29,411 bases of DNA from a bacterium. Lineage in GTDB: Bacteria; Hydrothermota; Tepidihabitantia; Tepidihabitantales; Tepidihabitantaceae. The stretch is from positions 1 to 29,411 of the forward strand of contig JAWOHE010000027.1 of assembly GCA_046485285.1 (NCBI GenBank). The letters run 5' to 3'. Each line of letters begins with the position of its first letter. Positions within the stretch are counted from its first letter, which is position 1. Positions 27,876 through 29,411 of the stretch are shown here, piece after piece. Made by a program: the position numbers and the translations under genes. The notes under the pieces are model-generated. The model worked only from the letters and a program-made list of their open reading frames with translations, was not told where the DNA came from and ran no database searches.

Positions 27876-28708
27876 TGCCGGCGAAGCGCTGGAACTCGGA
27901 CGACCCGCCGGCCTGGTGCCCGGGCTGCGGCAACTTCGGTATCCGCGAGGGCGTCAAGCTCGCGCTAGAGAAGCTCGGCCTTGAGCCGCACCAGCTCGCG
28001 TTCGTGTCCGGCATCGGCCAGGCCGCCAAGGCCCCGCACTACCTTCGCTGCAACCTGTTCAACGGCCTCCACGGCCGGACGATGCCGGTCGCGACCGGGC
28101 TCAAGCTTGCCCGGCCCGACCTCACTGTCATCTGCGAGGGCGGCGACGGCGACGGCTATGCCGAGGGCGGTAACCACTTCCTCCACGCCCTGCGCCGGAA
28201 CCTCGACCTGACCTACCTCGTCCACGACAACCAGATTTACGGCCTGACCAAGGGCCAGGCCTCGCCGACCAGCGACCTCGGGATGAAGACCGCGACGACG
28301 CCGTTCGGCGTCCGGTCGGTCGCGTTCAACCCGCTCGCGCTGGCGGTTGCGCTCGACGCCGGGTTCGTCGCGCGCGGGTTCGCGGGCAATCCCGGGCACC
28401 TCGCCGGGCTCATCGTTGAGGCGGTGCGGCACCCCGGGTTCGCGCTGGTCGAGATACTCCAGAACTGCGTCAGCTTCAACAAGGTCAACACCGCGCAGTG
28501 GTACCGCGAGCGGGTCTACGAGCTCGACCGCGCGGCCGACGCACCGCAGGACCGGGCGGCGGCGTTCAGGCTCGCGCGGGAGTGGGGTGACAGGATACCC
28601 ATCGGCATCATCTACCGCTCCGGCCGACCGGCCTATCCCGCGCCCGTGCGCGACCGGCCCGCAGACCCGGACGAGCTCCTCGCCCGGCTTCTCGACGACC
28701 TCGACTGA
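27875..28708 (+). CDS. 2-oxoacid:ferredoxin oxidoreductase beta subunit, copy 2, 277 aa
   Basis: GTG 27875 (TAGTG overlap, SD GGGAGG); WCPGCGNF, GLHGR, GGDGD, DNQIYGLTKGQ and LQNCVSFN motifs. Confidence 0.93.
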   Translation: MPAKRWNSDDPPAWCPGCGNFGIREGVKLALEKLGLEPHQLAFVSGIGQAAKAPHYLRCNLFNGLHGRTMPVATGLKLARPDLTVICEGGDGDGYAEGGNHFLHALRRNLDLTYLVHDNQIYGLTKGQASPTSDLGMKTATTPFGVRSVAFNPLALAVALDAGFVARGFAGNPGHLAGLIVEAVRHPGFALVEILQNCVSFNKVNTAQWYRERVYELDRAADAPQDRAAAFRLAREWGDRIPIGIIYRSGRPAYPAPVRDRPADPDELLARLLDDLD

Positions 28709-28801
28709 CCGGGCCGACGCCCGCCGGCATCGGCCGCCCTGACTGCTGTTCGGGCTCCACGCCGGGTACTGCCCTTCCCGGGTGTCCCGGCCGGCGACCA
28801 G

Positions 28802-28907
28802 CCTCCCCGCCTTCCCCGCTCCGGGGGATATCCCCGGGGGTATCCCCGTAGCGGTTCCCGGGGCCGTTCCAAGGGCCGCTGGGGGAGGGCGGCTGGGGGT
28901 GGGGTAC
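28802..28907. repeat. Short degenerate 12-bp-period element with C-rich head and G-rich tail
   Basis: Units from 28824: ggggatatcccc, gggggtatcccc, gtagcggttccc, ggggccgttcca, agggccgctggg. Preceded by cctccccgccttcccc and followed by ggagggcggctgggggtgggg. Confidence 0.65.
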
Positions 28908-29060
28908 CGGACGCGGTCGGAACCTCGGGTCACTCGGGTCAAGTGCCGGGCAGTCCGCGAGATAAGCCCTCTCGGCCGCGCTCATCGGGGCCCGGGGCTT
29001 CGACCAGCCCGCCGTCGGCACTCCGCCGCCGCCCTGCCCGGGGCCCGGGTCAATACCGCA

Positions 29061-29089
29061 TTGACATCATCTTGAACAGCGCCTACAAT
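29061..29089 (+). promoter_or_regulatory. Near-consensus sigma70 promoter
   Basis: TTGACA (29061-29066), 17 bp, TACAAT (29084-29089). Confidence 0.75.
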
Positions 29090-29220
29090 CCCGCTGGTGC
29101 TGGAACGATACGCGGCGGAGGCAGGGCGGTTATGAGAACCTCCTCCCGGGTAGCGCATATGGCCGTCCGCGCCAATGATGTGCCCGCTTCTCCCTTGACG
29201 GCCATGGAGTTAAGTAATGT

Positions 29221-29411
29221 GGAGCTTGTCCAGAAACCTCGGCGGGTTGCAGTGCTGACTGACGAGATGGATTGATGTTCGAAGTCCGTGCTGCGATTGA
29301 CTGAGGTCCGGCCCGGGCTATGTGGACCAGGCCAGCTTGGCGGTGCCGCCTGCCACCAGCCGGCTGAGCTTCAGTAGGTTGTGTGCAATTGTCGCCCACT
29401 TCCATTCGATC
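29221..29411 (-). mobile_element. End of an IS1182-like insertion sequence (continues beyond the right edge)
   Basis: Transposase-like C-terminus on the minus strand, plus candidate terminal IR GGAGCTTGTCCAGAA at 29221, about 100 nt beyond the stop. The partner IR is not visible. Confidence 0.55.
29318..29410 (-). CDS. Transposase C-terminal fragment (IS1182/IS5-like DDE)
   Basis: Not in the ORF track. Reads IEWKWATIAHNLLKLSRLVAGGTAKLAWST*; EW....IAHNL.KL is the usual IS1182-family C-terminal signature. Confidence 0.65.
   Translation of the reverse strand: MEWKWATIAHNLLKLSRLVAGGTAKLAWST

Noticed and set aside
28712-28735. Hairpin GGCCGACGCC-CGCC-GGCATCGGCC after beta-2 as an intrinsic terminator
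   Set aside because: It has one mismatch on the + strand and no U-tract, and such stems are common by chance at this GC.
29130-29405. 91-aa minus-strand ORF from the track
   Set aside because: It is a different frame from the transposase-like C-terminus (29410-29318), which carries the recognisable motif.

Overview
High-GC bacterial chromosomal segment. The anaerobe-type 2-oxoacid:ferredoxin oxidoreductases, rubrerythrin and outer-membrane beta-barrel suggest a diderm anaerobe; lineage cannot be fixed from sequence alone. Left to right: (1) the 5' end of an AT-rich lipoprotein gene running off the left edge (-); (2) a degenerate 12-bp tandem array that flips into its own reverse complement, then a promoter and a short XRE-type HTH ORF; (3) an overlapping chain rmlA-like > polA > wecB > sulfatase-like membrane protein; (4) a lower-GC surface-polysaccharide block (Wzz/GumC-like, Wzx, O-antigen ligase/Wzy-like, two GT4, GT2, porin); (5) rmlC-rmlB; (6) TIM-barrel > extended SDR > small hypothetical; (7) a minus-strand operon alpha-oxoamine synthase > long-chain acyl-CoA ligase > secreted TPR protein > rubrerythrin; (8) two tandem divergent OFOR alpha/beta pairs; (9) a second, shorter 12-bp-period element, a near-consensus promoter and the end of an IS1182-like transposase at the right edge. 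Most notable: the two 12-bp array/G-rich/promoter elements, many apparently leaderless sigma70 promoters, a possible sphingolipid/aminolipid operon, a Tyr762-type PolA, and a REP-like palindrome translated in frame inside an OFOR beta gene. All calls were made by eye from motifs; no database searches were run.
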